Assembly (NCBI GenBank): GCA_009103225.1
Contig: RHPI01002503.1
Coordinates: 188,864 to 252,863 of the forward strand
Direction: 5' to 3'
DNA: 64,000 nt
Origin: Chlorokybus atmophyticus
Lineage: Eukaryota > Plantae > Mesostigma and Chlorokybus algae
Shown here piece after piece: positions 31,927 to 44,900 of this stretch. The notes below the pieces were generated by a model that worked only from the letters and a program-made list of their open reading frames with translations, was not told the DNA's origin and searched no databases. The stretch's first letter is position 1, and the number at the start of each line of letters is the position of its first letter. The position numbers were made by a program, and so were the translations under genes.

Positions 31927-34900
31927 TCATGTCTCCAGGCCCAGTGGCCTTGTAAGCCAACTCAGTCCCACCTTCAGCTTGTGCTGGTTGGTGGGCAGCC
32001 GGTAGAGATACGCCAGCTTGCGGACTGCCACAACACGCACGAGAGTGTATCAGTCACTTAGATGTCAGTGTTGTGTGGGCTGTTGGGAAGAAGCAGAGAA
32101 AACATATGGGTCAACATCAAGCCCACCTGCTCCGCCCGCTGCGCCAGCGAGCTCCAGGTTGCCGGCGATGCTCAGACGCACCGCCCCGTCCATCTTGCCG
32201 AGTGTCATCATGTCGCCGAGGTGCTGGTACCTGCGTGCGGGATGCTCAGCAGCTAACAACACTCAAAACTCCGCGTGCGTGCATATATGCATGCGTGTGC
32301 GTGTGTGGACGCATGCGTGCGCGTGGGCGCATGCCTGCATTTTTGCACGCGCATACGTACGTGCGTGCGTATGCTTGCACATGTTTTGTGTGAACCCTTA
32401 GACCGCAGCATAAGTTACATTGAGGAATGCTACTCGCAACCAGCCTGACAGAATATAACCAGAATCCAGGTGTTACTTACTTGAAGGGCAGTAGTGGCTT
32501 GCCGTTTATTGCAGACCACAAGTTCCACCCAACATAGTCCGCTTGCTGAAACGCCACCTGCTCAAGTAATAAAGTCAGGACACGCGCATCCACACCCCCC
32601 ACACACACGCGCATCCACACAACTCGTTGCACACACCGCAAGAGCTCCTTGTGCACTCTCCTCACGCAGTCACAACAACACGTTAGCACGCAAGGAGCCC
32701 CTCACCTGCGCCGTGGACGGCAGATATCTCCCGTTCTCATCCACCGCGGTCGCCGAATCCCCCAACGCAAACACCCTCTGATTCCCTCTCACCCTCAGCG
32801 TGGCATCCGTCTCCGCTCTCCCCCTCGGATTCAACGGAATCATGGCCTCACCGTTCCTTCCATTCCCACTCTCAGGCACGATGGATTCGGTACCGACGGT
32901 CCAGAGGACGAGGTCGGATAGTAGAGTGGAGTAGGAGCCGTCGGAGGACTGCACGTCGATGGTGACGGGGGAATCGGGGACGCCCTCGCGAGAGACGCCG
33001 CTGAGACACTTGACGAAGGTGCCCAGGAGGAGATCGACGTTGCGGGAACGAAGGACCTGGTGGGGTTGAGAGGTGTCTGGTTGGAGTGTACGACAACAAC
33101 AGGAAGTACAAGCGCGACAACAACGACAACAACAACAACGGCAACGGCAACAACAACAACGGCAACAACAACAACATCAACTACAACAACAGCAGCAGCA
33201 GCAGTAGCAGCAACACCACCAGCAACACCACCAGCACAAGCAGCAACAACAACAACATCAGCAGCAGCAGCATCAACAACCACAACCCCACCCACCTCCC
33301 TCGCCGCGTTGCGTTGTACGTCCGGCGCAAACGGCAGGAAGTCCTTCACGGGGTCGATGACGCGTACGTTCCCGCGTTCCCCGAGCCTCTCCGCGATCGT
33401 GGCGGCCAGCTCAATGCCGGAGTAGCCCGCGCCGACCACGGACACGGAGATCGGGGGACGGCCGGGCTTCAGCTTCTGGACTTGCTCGAGATGGGTCAGA
33501 CGGGAATCCACGTTCTGGCAAAAGCAAAGGAAGAAAGGAAGAAAAGAGTCAGTTGTTGCGACACGCAAACACAACATTTGCAAAGTAGTAAATCATCAAG
33601 TGCACATATGAATAATGATGAATGAGATTATGTCATCAAACTGTCAGTGTCAGTCGTTGATGACAAAGCAGTTTCTTTGCTTGAATGAAAGCATTGATGG
33701 CAAGTCTATGTTTGGTACAAGGTGAATGCATTCACGTATTGTGTAACTGCTGCACTTGTTGTTTTGGCTAGTAAGCATCAAGCGCAATGAGCACTTCTCC
33801 CAGTACCAGCGCATCCTCTAGCGTGATGAAGGGGCAAGCATACTCTTTGGCTCCAGGGCAGATACTCAACTTTGCCTTGGCACCCAGCGCCAAAACCAGC
33901 CTGCACACCACAAACACACACTTGCCACAAAGACCTCCGCTACCGATAACACATGAGCAACACGGTGTTCATACGCAAAACAATGAAGCCGATCAGTGCC
34001 CTCAGCAATGCAGCAAAGCCAGTCTACCAATCATAGGGCAGTTCTTGACCGTTGTCAAGCTGGACAGTGCCCGCCCCGGCCCCGGGTCGCACGGACTTCA
34101 CGGTGGCCTGCACGAACTTCACGCCCGTGGAGGCAAGGAGGTCGTTGAACCGCGGGGCCACCTCCCACGGCTTGACTTCTGCGATACAGATGATAAAGTA
34201 TGGATACATAGATAGTGCATAGCAAAGCTAATGTACTATATGTCTCACCGTGGTTAAGAAGCTCGTATAACAGCGGTTTGAAGATAAAGCGTTCCGACTG
34301 ATCAACGAGTGTGACCTGTGGACACACGGTAGAAGATTGATTAATTGAGAGTGCCATGACTTGTTGGCAGCTGACAGTGGGCATGTGACAGACACACAAC
34401 CATAACAGCACAAAGTGCAGCGCACCTGCGGTCGCGTGTTGCGCGGCCAGTACAGCGCGTCCACCTTCAGCGCCGTGTACAGTCCTCCAAACCCACCACC
34501 CAGTATGCAGATCCTCGGCCCCTAGAGAATAACCTCTGTCTGTTGTCAACACATTACTGCATTGCAGCACATCTCAACAAACCATGACTATCAACACGCA
34601 CCCCAGTTGCCGAGTCCATGCGGGCAGCGCCCTGGCCTTCCAGCATAATGTCATTGTTAGAGAGCCGGCTGGCGCTGCTTCTGTGCATGGACTGACTGCT
34701 GCTGGTGCCTGTGCCTGCGCTGGTGCTGGGTCTTGTGTTTGAGAGGAAGTCTGACGAGCCTTTGGGCGTGCTCGCATGCATATCTGATGATGATGTTGCT
34801 CTTGACTGTGCACTGCAGCTGCATGGCCTCCTTGCATTTGTTCTGGTCAACGATGCGGCAGGCTGCTGCTCTGCGCACAGCAAAGCAATGTTGTGTGTAC

Positions 34901-35361
34901 TTATGCATGCAACCGACCTTTTGCTTGCTCTGCCTGCTGCTCTACATGCTAACTTTCCATAAGTGTGGTCCACACACCAGCATAAAAAAAAGCAAGGACT
35001 GACTGATTGCATCACGCGTTTCCCACCTAGCTTGTCTGGTAGAGTTCTTCTGGAAGACAGGCTCAGCTGCAGTGACAGACCACATTCAGAACTGTTACAT
35101 TGTACTTGCTGTCGCAGCTGCTACGCGCATTTCACAAGCTCAATGCAACCAAGAGTGAAATATATTGACCTCAGCATCGATATACATTTCTGCTCATGCT
35201 AGCGTTTAGGTTAGATTTAGCTGCACCATGCATGCAGCATGCAGTTGACGCTCCAACCATACCGAATCCTTTCTCCTGGTATTTAGCCGTTGCGGAGCAG
35301 CACCACATAGCCAGCTAGCGTTAATCCCACACGTAAACGTCATCGCCGCCGCCGCCGCCAT
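31927..35361 (-). CDS. NDC1: Type II NAD(P)H dehydrogenase C1 (demethylphylloquinone reductase)
   Basis: GPRICILGGGFGGLYTAL, LVDQSERFIFKPLLYELL, WEVAPRF, YDWLVLALG, VVGAGYSGIELAATIAERL, DLVLWTVG, RVFALGD, PSTAQVAFQQADYVGWNLW, HLGDMMTLG, RKLAYLYRLPT..KVGLSWL. The start codon (35361) is less certain. Confidence 0.93.
33117..33285. repeat. Compound (CAA)n/(CAG)n microsatellite in an NDC1 intron
   Basis: Seen directly between the ..NAARE and VLRSRNV exons. It generates spurious poly-T/N/V ORFs. Confidence 0.9.
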
Positions 35362-35989
35362 CCTTCCCGCTGTAACAACCACATTGATGGCCTTCCACGT
35401 GTCCTCTCAAGCTGCCAGCAACTTAGGGTTGCCCTAGGGCAGAATCGATCGATCCTGAACATCTTCAATTGAGCTGAACCGGTTTCAGCGCCTGATGCCC
35501 CCAAGTCACGTGCTTAGGATCTATTTCAAGCGCAGCGTCACGCGTGTGCCGCGACATAACGGCGGAAAGCCCGCCAGCGTGACGGCGTGACGCAGCCCGC
35601 CCTGCCCGTTGGCGCCCTGCACTGGCGGCGGCGGCGGCGGCGGCGGCATCTGCTGCGGTGGTGGGCTTCTGCTTCTGAGGAGACGGAGTGTTACATGGAC
35701 AATACATTCCGTTTGCACAGCTTGTACATAGGCCTATTGTATTCACCATTCTACTTCTACTCATCAGCAGCAACGGTTTAGGGTTGCGTTTAGGTCTAAC
35801 CTCAAGTTTTTGCTTCAAGGCTTAGTTCGTAGGGTGCAAGGCTTAGGGCTTGGAATTCCAGGCGAAGGGGTGTAAGATCTCAAACCCTCCATCCTCCTTG
35901 TCTCTCTCGTCCGCCTTCCCAAAAGCAATGAGTAGATAGGGTTCAAGGAGGGGGGGATCAGCCCTCCTCCACTACTACTTTATCCCCAC

Positions 35990-38900
35990 ATGGCCAGCGG
36001 CGGCCCCCCTCGGGGTGGCGCTAGTGCCAGTCGTATCCTCAAACACGCCACATCTAGTACCAAGGCGCATGGTGCAGCTGTCGCTAGCGCCATGCCGCTG
36101 GAGCTGGCCAGCAAAGTGAGTAACAGATTTGCTTGCGTGTTTGTGTGATGCGTGGGTGATGATGTCGCTATACTTAGGGGGGTTGTGTTACGTTAGAAAA
36201 TGGTAAGCTAGTCACTAGTGTTGAGCTTGTCATGGCATCATAAAATCAGCGTGGCTCAGGTACTATGTTGTCTCAAGTCAGTACTTTCATCAACGGCACC
36301 AACACATCCGGGTGGTACCATTGCGGGGTGGATGCTTATACAGAGTGATAACTTGCTGCCTTCGTGCGCATGCATGCGGAACAATACGTCACCTACACCC
36401 TAACCTAGTCGTAAAACAACAAGGGTGGATAGTTTCACACTGCAGCGTGCACGCACATACACATATACGCGCACACACGTACGTGAACACCACATGCATG
36501 CATTCTTGAGTCCCCAGTTCAATGCCATTCGAAGCGCTTATGGTACTCTTAGTTTACCTGTGGTTCTTACTCTGCATGCGTGCACGCACTTTAGAAGGCT
36601 GCGGCCGGCCCCTTTTCGCGCGCGTCACAAGCGAAGCCTGCCATCGTGGAGCTTCTCGACATCGCCGAGTACACTCACCAGGTACCTTGACTCCCCCACA
36701 CATGCACAACACAACACCCCCGCCCCCACACTCACATGTGCTCTCGTCCTCTTTTTACAGAAGACAAGTTCGGTGCCGCCAGGAGAGCCCCTCTTTCAGC
36801 CGTTCCCTGCACAGATCACCTTCGCCAATTACCAACCCTTCCAGGAGTACAAAGCCACCCTGCGCCTGCGCAACAACGACACCGTACGCACACATAACAT
36901 CAACATGCATGCCACAGCCTGACACATGCAGTGTCAAGTACTTGTTGTCTTCTTACAGGTGATACGACGTGTACGCGTGGTGCCGCCCAAGACGCCGTAC
37001 TTCACCGTGTCTGCACCGAGAAAAGGTGGAGCTGAGAATGGCGGCCATCATGTTGATAACGCTGCCGAGGACGGCACGAGCAAAGTCGTGGCCGGGATGG
37101 AGGTGAGTGTACTAGTAGCATTGCTGTGTGGAGAAGACAACACGTGTACAAGTCATGGACACAATGATAAATGATGTTGTGCCAGGTGTCGTATATCATC
37201 ACTTTCCGGCCCAACTCCACGGACGACTACTCTGCGGACTTGACGATTGTGACCGAGCGAGAGAAGTTTGTCGTGCGCGTGGTTGCCATCGGCGCCCGCG
37301 GTAAGTGCAAGCCCGATTGTTGTAACAGACCATAATACCACACAAGAGCAAGTTTAATCCATTCAACATCTTTGCAGCCGTGCTGAACCTGCCCGAGTCT
37401 GTACAGTTCCCCACCACACCCCTCAAGAAGACCGCAACAAAGGTGTGATACACTCTCAACAGAAACCTTGCACCAGTCGCACCATCCTCATAACATTGAC
37501 TATGATATTGAGCGTTGCTGTAACAACAGACGTTGCTAGTGACCAATACGGGTCCCCGCGGCGCCTCTTTCTCTCTTCGCTGCACGCCTTTACACAGCAT
37601 TGACTCCCCCTACACCGTCTCCCCCTCCCGCGGTTCCCTCGCGCCAGGTGACTCCCTCTCCCTCACCCTCCGCTTCACTCCTCGGCTAGCGTGCGAGGAC
37701 TACGTTGGCACGCTGCGTGTGGTGTACGACGGTGAGGGAGAGCAGAGTGAGGACACTGTTAGGTTGGTTGGGGCGGGGTGTGAGGTCAATGTGGGGTTGA
37801 GTTTCGAGAGCGTGGAGCTGGCGACGACGTTCGTCGGGCAGCGCTCTCAACGCACGCTGAAAGTAGTCAACCGAAGCAATGGACCCGTCCACTTTGAGTG
37901 GAAGAGGTTCGGGAGCGAGGGCGAGGAGCGCGAGGCACGCCTTGCTGCCGAACTCTCCGCTGCGGCTGATGCGGGTCCTGAAACGGGTCCCGACATGGAC
38001 ACACGTCCCACCACAAGCCAGTCCTCCTCCTCTTCCAACAACTCCTCCACCCCGTCCTCCTCGTCTTCTTCCTCATCCTCCTCCTCTGCTTCGCGGCCCT
38101 CCTCTTCGCGGCCCTCCACCTCTGCCTCCCGTGTGAATGTGGAGGAGAATGACGACGAGGACTCGGAGATTGATGAAGCCCTCCTGCTAGATAAGTCCCT
38201 CACCTCCCCGCAGCGACAACTACAAACACTGCGCATCGCCTCTGCGCACGACAGGCAAGCGAGCAAACAGTTCATGTGTGCATATGATGTGTACAGGTTC
38301 AGAGGACACACACATTCACATATGTATAACAAATACCAACGCGTTAATCCCAAACAGGTTCCTGTATGAGGATGCGGCGGTGAGTATATATCCCCTGGAG
38401 GGAGACATATGGCCCGGCGGCGAGTGTTTGATTACTGTTGGCTTCGCACCGGGAGCAGCGTTGGATTATACTTCTGTGGCATACTGTGACATCACCGGTA
38501 TGTGGTGATGTCGGTAGTGCGTGTGTATCTAGCATTGTGCTGATCGCATGCATGAGTGGTGGGATGAAGTGATAGGGATACAGAGATTGCTTTTTGTTGT
38601 GTACCTTTGTAGGGCGTGCGCAGAGGTTGCCGCTGAAGATCCGAGCGCGAGGTGAGGGTCCCGTGGCCGTGTTCGCGTACGACACGGTCGATGTTGGGGA
38701 CGTGTTCTTCAACTCCTTACACCGTTACGAGGTGGAGCTTCAGAACCGCGGCGGCATCCCCGCACCCTTCCGGTTACTCTCGACCCAACACTCCACGTTA
38801 TCACCCGACCGCAACAACAATAGATTCACCTTCGAGCCCGAATTTGGCGTGGTCCCGCCGGCCGAGCGTCAACCCCTCTTCATGATGTTCGAGTCCGCCA

Positions 38901-41900
38901 CGCTTGGCGCCTTTGACAAAACCTTTGCATTCAACATTGAGGGCTGTACGAAACCTTTGGAACTCCAATTCAAAGGCGTGGTGATTGGCCCCACGTTCGC
39001 GTTAGACTGTAAAGACATGCATTTCGGACTCGTGGCGCACGGGTTCCCGTACGCGCAGAGACTCGCTATCACCAACACGTCGGAGATACCAATGACCTTC
39101 GCACTGCGATGCGTTGTGGCTGCGGGTGAGGGGGTAAGTGAGAGAGTTGCTGAGGGGTTTACTATCACGCCGCAGCAGGGCGCAGTCCCGCCGGGCGGCA
39201 ACCAAGAGATTGAGGTTGTAGCTTGCCTGCGACGGGCTGGACAAGTCAGGTACCTGTTTGGTGCCTCTGCATGTTGTGAATGGGGCAACACTGTGGCTAA
39301 GTGATACGTCTTACAGGTGTACCCTCGTTGTTGATATGCCGAGTGTTGGAGAGAACCTTGCAAGCGTACCCATCTTTGCTGACTGCCAAGTACCAAAGGT
39401 TTGAAGCCTTCTCATCAACTTAGCTGTAAAAGCAGCTTACCCCTTGTATACAATCCCCACTGCATTGAAGAACTTGATTTTCCATAATTGGTTTGCATCT
39501 TCCTCTTCAGGTGTCTTTGCTTCAAGACACCCTCGACTTCGGTTCCTGCTTCTTGCGTCACCCTTACGCCTCGACTCTCACACTCGTAAACGAGTCTACC
39601 CTTCCCGCTCTCTTCACTGTTCTCCCTCAAGACGAGATGAGCCAGGGTCTCGCCGTCTACACGGCGGACCCGCCGTCGGGTCAGGTCCCAGCATTAGGTC
39701 AGTCGGATGTGACCCTCACGCTCGCGACGGAGCGATTGGGTGGAATACGTCTACCCGTTGGCGTGAGCGTTGGGGGGATGGAGGGAGTGATGGAGGTGAT
39801 ACTTGCTGCGAGGAGTACAGGACCCGTGCTGGAACTGGCGGGGATGTTGGACTTTGGTAAGGTGGATGTGTTGAAGGAGCACAAGCGCGTGGTGAAGGTG
39901 CGCAACGCGTCGTTGATACCGGCGGAGTTCAAGGTGAGAGACGGTGTGCATGTGTACGTGTATGTACATGTGCGTGCGGGACCAGGTGGGTGAGTGAGCA
40001 AACGAGTTATTTGTGAACATCATGAAGGTGTTCATCACGGGGGCTGAGTCGGTGTTCTCCGTGGATGTGAGAGAAGGTATCATCCCGCCCTCTTCTTTTC
40101 TCGAGTTGGGTGTCTCCGTCACCCTCGACGACACTGCACGCTTCGCCGATACGCTTAACGTGCTCGTCATTGAAGGCCAGGACTACGCTGTCACGCTGTC
40201 GGCCGTTGGATCCGGCTCCACCATTGTGTGTGACAAGCTCGACGAGGCCGGGAGCGTTGTACACTTTGGACATCAGTTCACCGATGCGGCCTTCTCCAAA
40301 GAGTTTGTTCTACAGAACGCTGGAAGAAGACCCCTCTCTGTCACGTGGATCAATGAGAACGACCCCGCTGCCGTCCAGGCCGCCAACGCAAAGAACAAGA
40401 AGGGTAGCAAGACTCCCAAAGATGTGAATGCCAGCCATGTGACAACAGACACCGCTATTGTCAGTGCTGCAGCTACCACTACTTTCAACAGTAGCAGCAG
40501 TGGCAAGGTTGTGTTCATGCTGTTGCCGGACAAGGCGGTGATCCCGGCAAAGTCTTCGTGGGTGTTTATTCTGTCAGGTCAGTCGTCCGTGGCTGGCGTG
40601 TTCTCCGAGACTCTCGTGTGTCGGACTGTCGGGGCTGGTGGCGGGGGTGGGAAGGCCGGCGGCAACCAGGCCAAGGACGTGTATCGTGTGGTTGTTGACG
40701 CCGACGTGGCCGTCCCGCGCGTGGGTATCTCCACCGCGGTCCTCTCTTACGTGTACGCGTGGCAACCCGGTGTACCTCTGCGCCCTCAGACTCAAGCCCT
40801 CACCCTCCGCAACGTGTCGAAGCTCCCACTAGAACTTGCTATGCGCACGACCCCACCTTTCTTCATCGACCGTCCACACTGGAACTTATCCCCCGACGAG
40901 GGCGCCACGGTCAACGTGACCTTTTCCCCCGCCGTGGCACGCGACAAGGTGTCCTCCTCGGCCTCTGGGCGCATCACCGTGTCATACGCCGACTCAGCGC
41001 AGAAGGACTACGTGGACCTCCTCGGCGAGGTGTCGCTACCCAACCTGGAGATACGGCCCAACACGGCCATCGACTTTGGCTGCGTGCAGAACGACACATC
41101 GGCGCGAAAGACACTCACGCTCACGAATGTGTCGAAAGTGGAGGTACACTACTCGTGGGCCTTCATCGAGGAGGGCACTGTTGATGATGATGCGGCCAGC
41201 ACGATCAGCAGCGCCACATCACCAAAGGGCCGTAGCAGCAAACCCCGTTTACCCGCAAACCAGGTGAGTGTGACGAGTACGTGTGTGATGAGAATGTGTG
41301 TGCTCTTGCATACCTGCAGACAACAATACGCTAACCAATCAATGTAACAGGTGTTTGACATCCTGCCATTCAGAGGGACCATCCCTCCTGGCCAGTCTGA
41401 AACCACCGAGATTGTGTACTACGCGCATCCCGGCAGCAGATACAAGTATGATGGTGATGGAAAGATTAGCATACACAGATGTTCAGACGCTAACTCATGG
41501 CTTGTTGTGACAGGGCGGTAGCAGTGTGTGAGGTGGAGGGCGGTCCCGAGTATGAGATTACAATGGAGGCCGAGGCGGGGATGATCAAGTACTCCCTCGA
41601 CGTGATGTCGATCGACGCGGGTGCGACGCTTTTCTGCCGTCCCGTCGAGAAGGAGTTCTACCTTGCCAACACGGGCAAGGTCCCCTTCGACTTCCGGGTG
41701 GACACATCCCCTCTCTCCCGCGCGGGCGTGGTGCAGGTTCACCCGCTGGGAGGCGTGTTGGCAGGCGGGGACAGGCAGCGGTTCCTCGTGCGCGTGACGC
41801 CCGGATTGCCCGAGCGCGTGGTGGAGAAGTTCCGCATTGAGGTTGCGCACTTTGAGCCGTGCGAGTTCACCGTCTACGCAGAGGGAGTTTACCCAGCAGC

Positions 41901-44900
41901 GCTATTGTCTCTCCCGCGCCCCGCAGATGACGTGGCCTTCGAAGCCTGCCTCGCACAGGCACGCGCCAACCTATCCGCACATGGGCCCCGCGGCCCCACC
42001 TCCCCTATCACAGTAAGGAGGAGCCACACCTACACCCAACACACATACCCTCCTTTTTCACACTGCTCACACTTGGTGCATGCACAGAGTCCAACAAGGA
42101 CATCTATGCAGTCGAAGACCCCTCTTCGCCGGCCACGCAGCAGCAGCCGCTCTGTCACGTCCTCGTCGGTCACGGGTGGACCCGAGGGAGGGCTTCCCGT
42201 GCTTCGGCCCAGCTCAAGCAGACACTCTTCCGTCATCGACAGCCCTCGGGCAGGGGCCATAAGGTGAGTACTTATATACATATACTTGTGCTTGCTTTTA
42301 TCTTTCTACTCCTTCTGAATATGCACAATGCCACATTCCAGCCCCGTGTACACTCCCTCGGCAGAGGAGGTTGAGACCGAGGCGGACCGCCTGGCTCTGC
42401 GCGCGCACCTGGTGGGGCGCGAGTCCAACAACAATGCATCCCTTGAAGCTACACGCGAGAGACGACGCACCATTCATGTCGCATCCGAGGGCGTCATTAG
42501 CAATGACGTACGTGTTTGGTGTTTGTTCTGTCAAGGAGCCCATCTCAGTACAAGTCTGCTTGACTGCAGTTGTATCATACCATTTTTTGCGTGCAGCAGA
42601 GTGCAGAGCAGCAAGGAGGAGGAGGAGGACCTCATGTTGCCGGTGAAGAAGGAGGCGGAGGAGGAGGAGGAGGGAGCCCCCCGCCTTCTCCAACAAGGCG
42701 TCAGCCACGTTCACGTGCATCCACAGCACCAGCAGTGGACCTGTCCGCACTAACACTCGCTCAATACGTGTGCGACTTCGGTGCGGTGACCAAGGGCACC
42801 AGTCGCCGCAAGACCTTCCGCGTGACCAACTCCTCCTTCAGCGGTGCCGTCACGGGCGGCATCTCCCTCACCGTGGCCGACAAGCATCGCTTGGCTGCCG
42901 CGGGTCTCACCGTCGACCCCGACAATGTCCTGAAGCTCCCCGAGGGCGAGAGCGTGGAGCTGTCCGTGACACTACAAACAGCCAAGGCTGATGTGGCCGT
43001 CGGGACACTCGATAAGCCACTCAGACTCACGCTGAAAGGTGGACCCGCACTCGTGGTTCATCTACGGGCTCTTGTCGAGGTCCCGGAGATGAGACTCTCG
43101 GCGGATGCGGTTGATTTTGGCAGAGTACAGGTTGGGCATTGTAAGGTTGTTACGGTGCAGCTGCACAATCATAAGAGCGTACAGTGCGAGTGGGCCGTAA
43201 AGAAACCGACTGAGGGCGTGCGAGACTGGGAGCTGTTTGAAACAACACCGGCCTCGGGCACACTCGCACCTGGAGAATGCGCCAACGTGGAGGTAAAATG
43301 CTCTGTGCGTGCGCATGTCTGAGTGTGTGTGGGTGTGTGTAATATGCTCTGTGCACGCGCGTGCCCGTGGCCGTGCGCGTGCGTGCGTGCGTGCGTGCAT
43401 GTGTCCTGCAAAATTTTTGTGTGTGAGTTAACTTTCCTGTCTGTAGATTAAGTTCACCCCCAACGCGGAGCGCGATGGCTACGCCCAGAAGATCCCCATC
43501 AAGGTCAACTACAACACCAAGGGTTACTCCCTCAATTGCAAGGCCAGCGCCTACTCCCTCCGCATCCGCGCGGACCCTCAGACCCTCTCTCTCTCCCCTC
43601 TCCTCCCCTCTGCTCCCCCGACACGCGCCCTCCTCACCCTACGCAACGACAGCGAGGCCTCCGTGGAGATACTCGCACCGGACTTCGATAAGCAGTGGAT
43701 GGTGGATGAGGATGCCGTGCGACACGGGGTGGACTGGGCGGGGAGTGTGACTGGGGATAGGGTGGCGGTGAGGCCGCGGCAACCGGGCATGGGACTGCAG
43801 GTGGGTAGGGGTTGATGTGTGTTGGTGGGGTGGAGTGGGTGGGTGGGGGCTCATGAGGGATGTGCGTAGGTGGAGATTGTGGAAGCGTATCAGAAGAAGA
43901 AACGGATGGAGAAGTTGGAGCAGGAAAGGCGGGAGCGCCTGCAGAATGCAGCGGAAGGCAAGGAGGGTAAGCAGCAACATCAAGTCAGCATTTAACCATC
44001 CGCACACCACTCACAAGGAAGGGATAAGGGCATGAAGCTGCTTACTTCCTCGGCTGAAATGATGATCATGCAACATTCCATCACTCAAAGTTTCCTGCTT
44101 ACTGCACCACTTACTGCCAGCACTTGTGCATTGCATGTTTGCTAACCACTAATACTTAACAGGAGATGCAGCTGAGGGTGCCGAGATTGGCGACTTGGAG
44201 AGTTCTTCAGACCCCACCGCAGTCACCGACGACAGCAGCGTCAACATCGTCCTGTCCGGCCCCCCTCATGCGGGTGCCTCAGCACTTGCCTCAGCACTCG
44301 CTCAGCGCTACAACCTACTCGTCGTGAACACCGCTGCTGCAGTAGACACAGCTATCACATACGCCACGGACGGCATCGACAACGCCAGTGATGCCGCACG
44401 CGCGGCCGCAACCCATCTAGACAACTTGGTCCAGGCTGCTGCGGCTGCCGCTGCCGACAAGAGCAAGAAGAAGGGCGCCGCCGCTGCTGCCAAGGAGGTC
44501 AAGGTAGAGCTCAGCGAGGACCTTGTGGCTGGACTCTTGAGGGAGGCTATGGGTGCGGGAGATGACAGTGGGGCTGACAACAAAGGATATGTGTTTGACG
44601 GAGTGGAGAGCAAGCACGCATCTGCGCATGTTGTGGCCAAGGCGATTGCGTTGGCGCTCGGCCAGGCGCAGTCAACATCAACGGAGGGCGACACGGATAT
44701 GAGCAACTCCTGCTCCTCCAAGCCTACCCGCCGACGTTTGGACTTCCTGCTGCTGCAATTACCCATGGAGGACGCCATAGCAAGGCGTGATGCCTTAGCC
44801 GCCGAAGGGGAGGCCAACGCTCCTGATCTTACATTAGAAGCTTCTGCTGGGGAGGCTGAGGGCTTGAATGATAGCGAGTTAGAGGCAAAGGCAGAGGCAG

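Noticed and set aside
33060-33625. Poly-Thr, poly-Asn and poly-Val ORFs
   Set aside because: Translations of an intronic CAA/CAG microsatellite within NDC1.
35465-35818. Short ORFs and a weak inverted repeat (gcagcgtcacgc..gcgtgacgcagc) between NDC1 and HYDIN
   Set aside because: No homology signal and only a short imperfect stem in GC-rich promoter or UTR sequence.
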